64,000 nt of DNA, from NCBI GenBank assembly GCA_021787535.1, contig JAJYLR010000001.1:383687-447686 (forward strand), given 5' to 3'. The position numbers and the translations under genes are program-made. Position 1 is the first letter of the stretch. The number at the start of each line of letters is the position of its first letter. Below are positions 63,937 through 64,000 of this stretch, piece after piece. Source of the stretch: a bacterium. GTDB lineage: Bacteria; Patescibacteriota; CPR2; UBA1875; JAJYID01. The notes under the pieces were generated by a model. It saw nothing but the letters and a program-made list of their open reading frames with translations. It searched no databases and was not told the DNA's origin.

Positions 63937-64000
63937 ATGCAGATAGATATTCGCGGAGTTGAAACTGAGTTAACAGATGATGTTAAAAAGTATGCTGCAG
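63937..64000 (+). CDS. hpf: Probable ribosome hibernation factor HPF/RaiA, 5' part only
   Basis: AAGGAG SD then MQIDIRGVETELTDDVKKYAA, matching the HPF N-terminus pattern. Confidence 0.7.
   Translation, partial: MQIDIRGVETELTDDVKKYAA

Noticed and set aside
1-64000. Recoded genetic code (UGA=Gly as in Gracilibacteria/Absconditabacteria)
   Set aside because: Housekeeping genes are full length under code 11 and several end in TGA (rpsB, mreC, mreD)

Overview
Bacterial chromosome segment, AT-rich, standard genetic code (TGA used as stop). Gene content points to a Patescibacteria/CPR organism (inference): rpsB-tsf-frr-rseP-proS without pyrH, single-chain glyQS, short ProRS, a CPR-typical PANYASKSKL hypothetical, and GtrA/GT-C glycosylation genes. 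The backbone is housekeeping (translation, mreBCD-mrdA, dnaX/dnaB, recR/recO, five aminoacyl-tRNA synthetases, PBP1A, two histidine kinases). It is interrupted by self-contained cassettes with their own SD sites and terminators: dcd; tmk-thyA; cdsA plus a CDP-alcohol transferase; a patatin-squalene/phytoene-synthase-like fusion; divergent SigH-like and SigB/F-like sigma factors followed by two orphan winged-helix-like proteins; and a dead tandem MazG plus MazG-radical SAM fusion. The most unusual sequence-level signal is an intact tRNA-Gln(CTG) nested inside the variable region of a second, degenerate tRNA-Gln-like cloverleaf (45591-45751). Also seen: three candidate structured RNAs, an MsrQ-like heme domain fused to a histidine kinase, a family of dRS3/RPE-like palindromes (one copy in frame inside dusB), 7-8 bp tandem repeat arrays, and several apparently leaderless genes. 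No rRNA, CRISPR array, integrase or transposase was recognised. All calls are by eye from motifs; no database searches were run.
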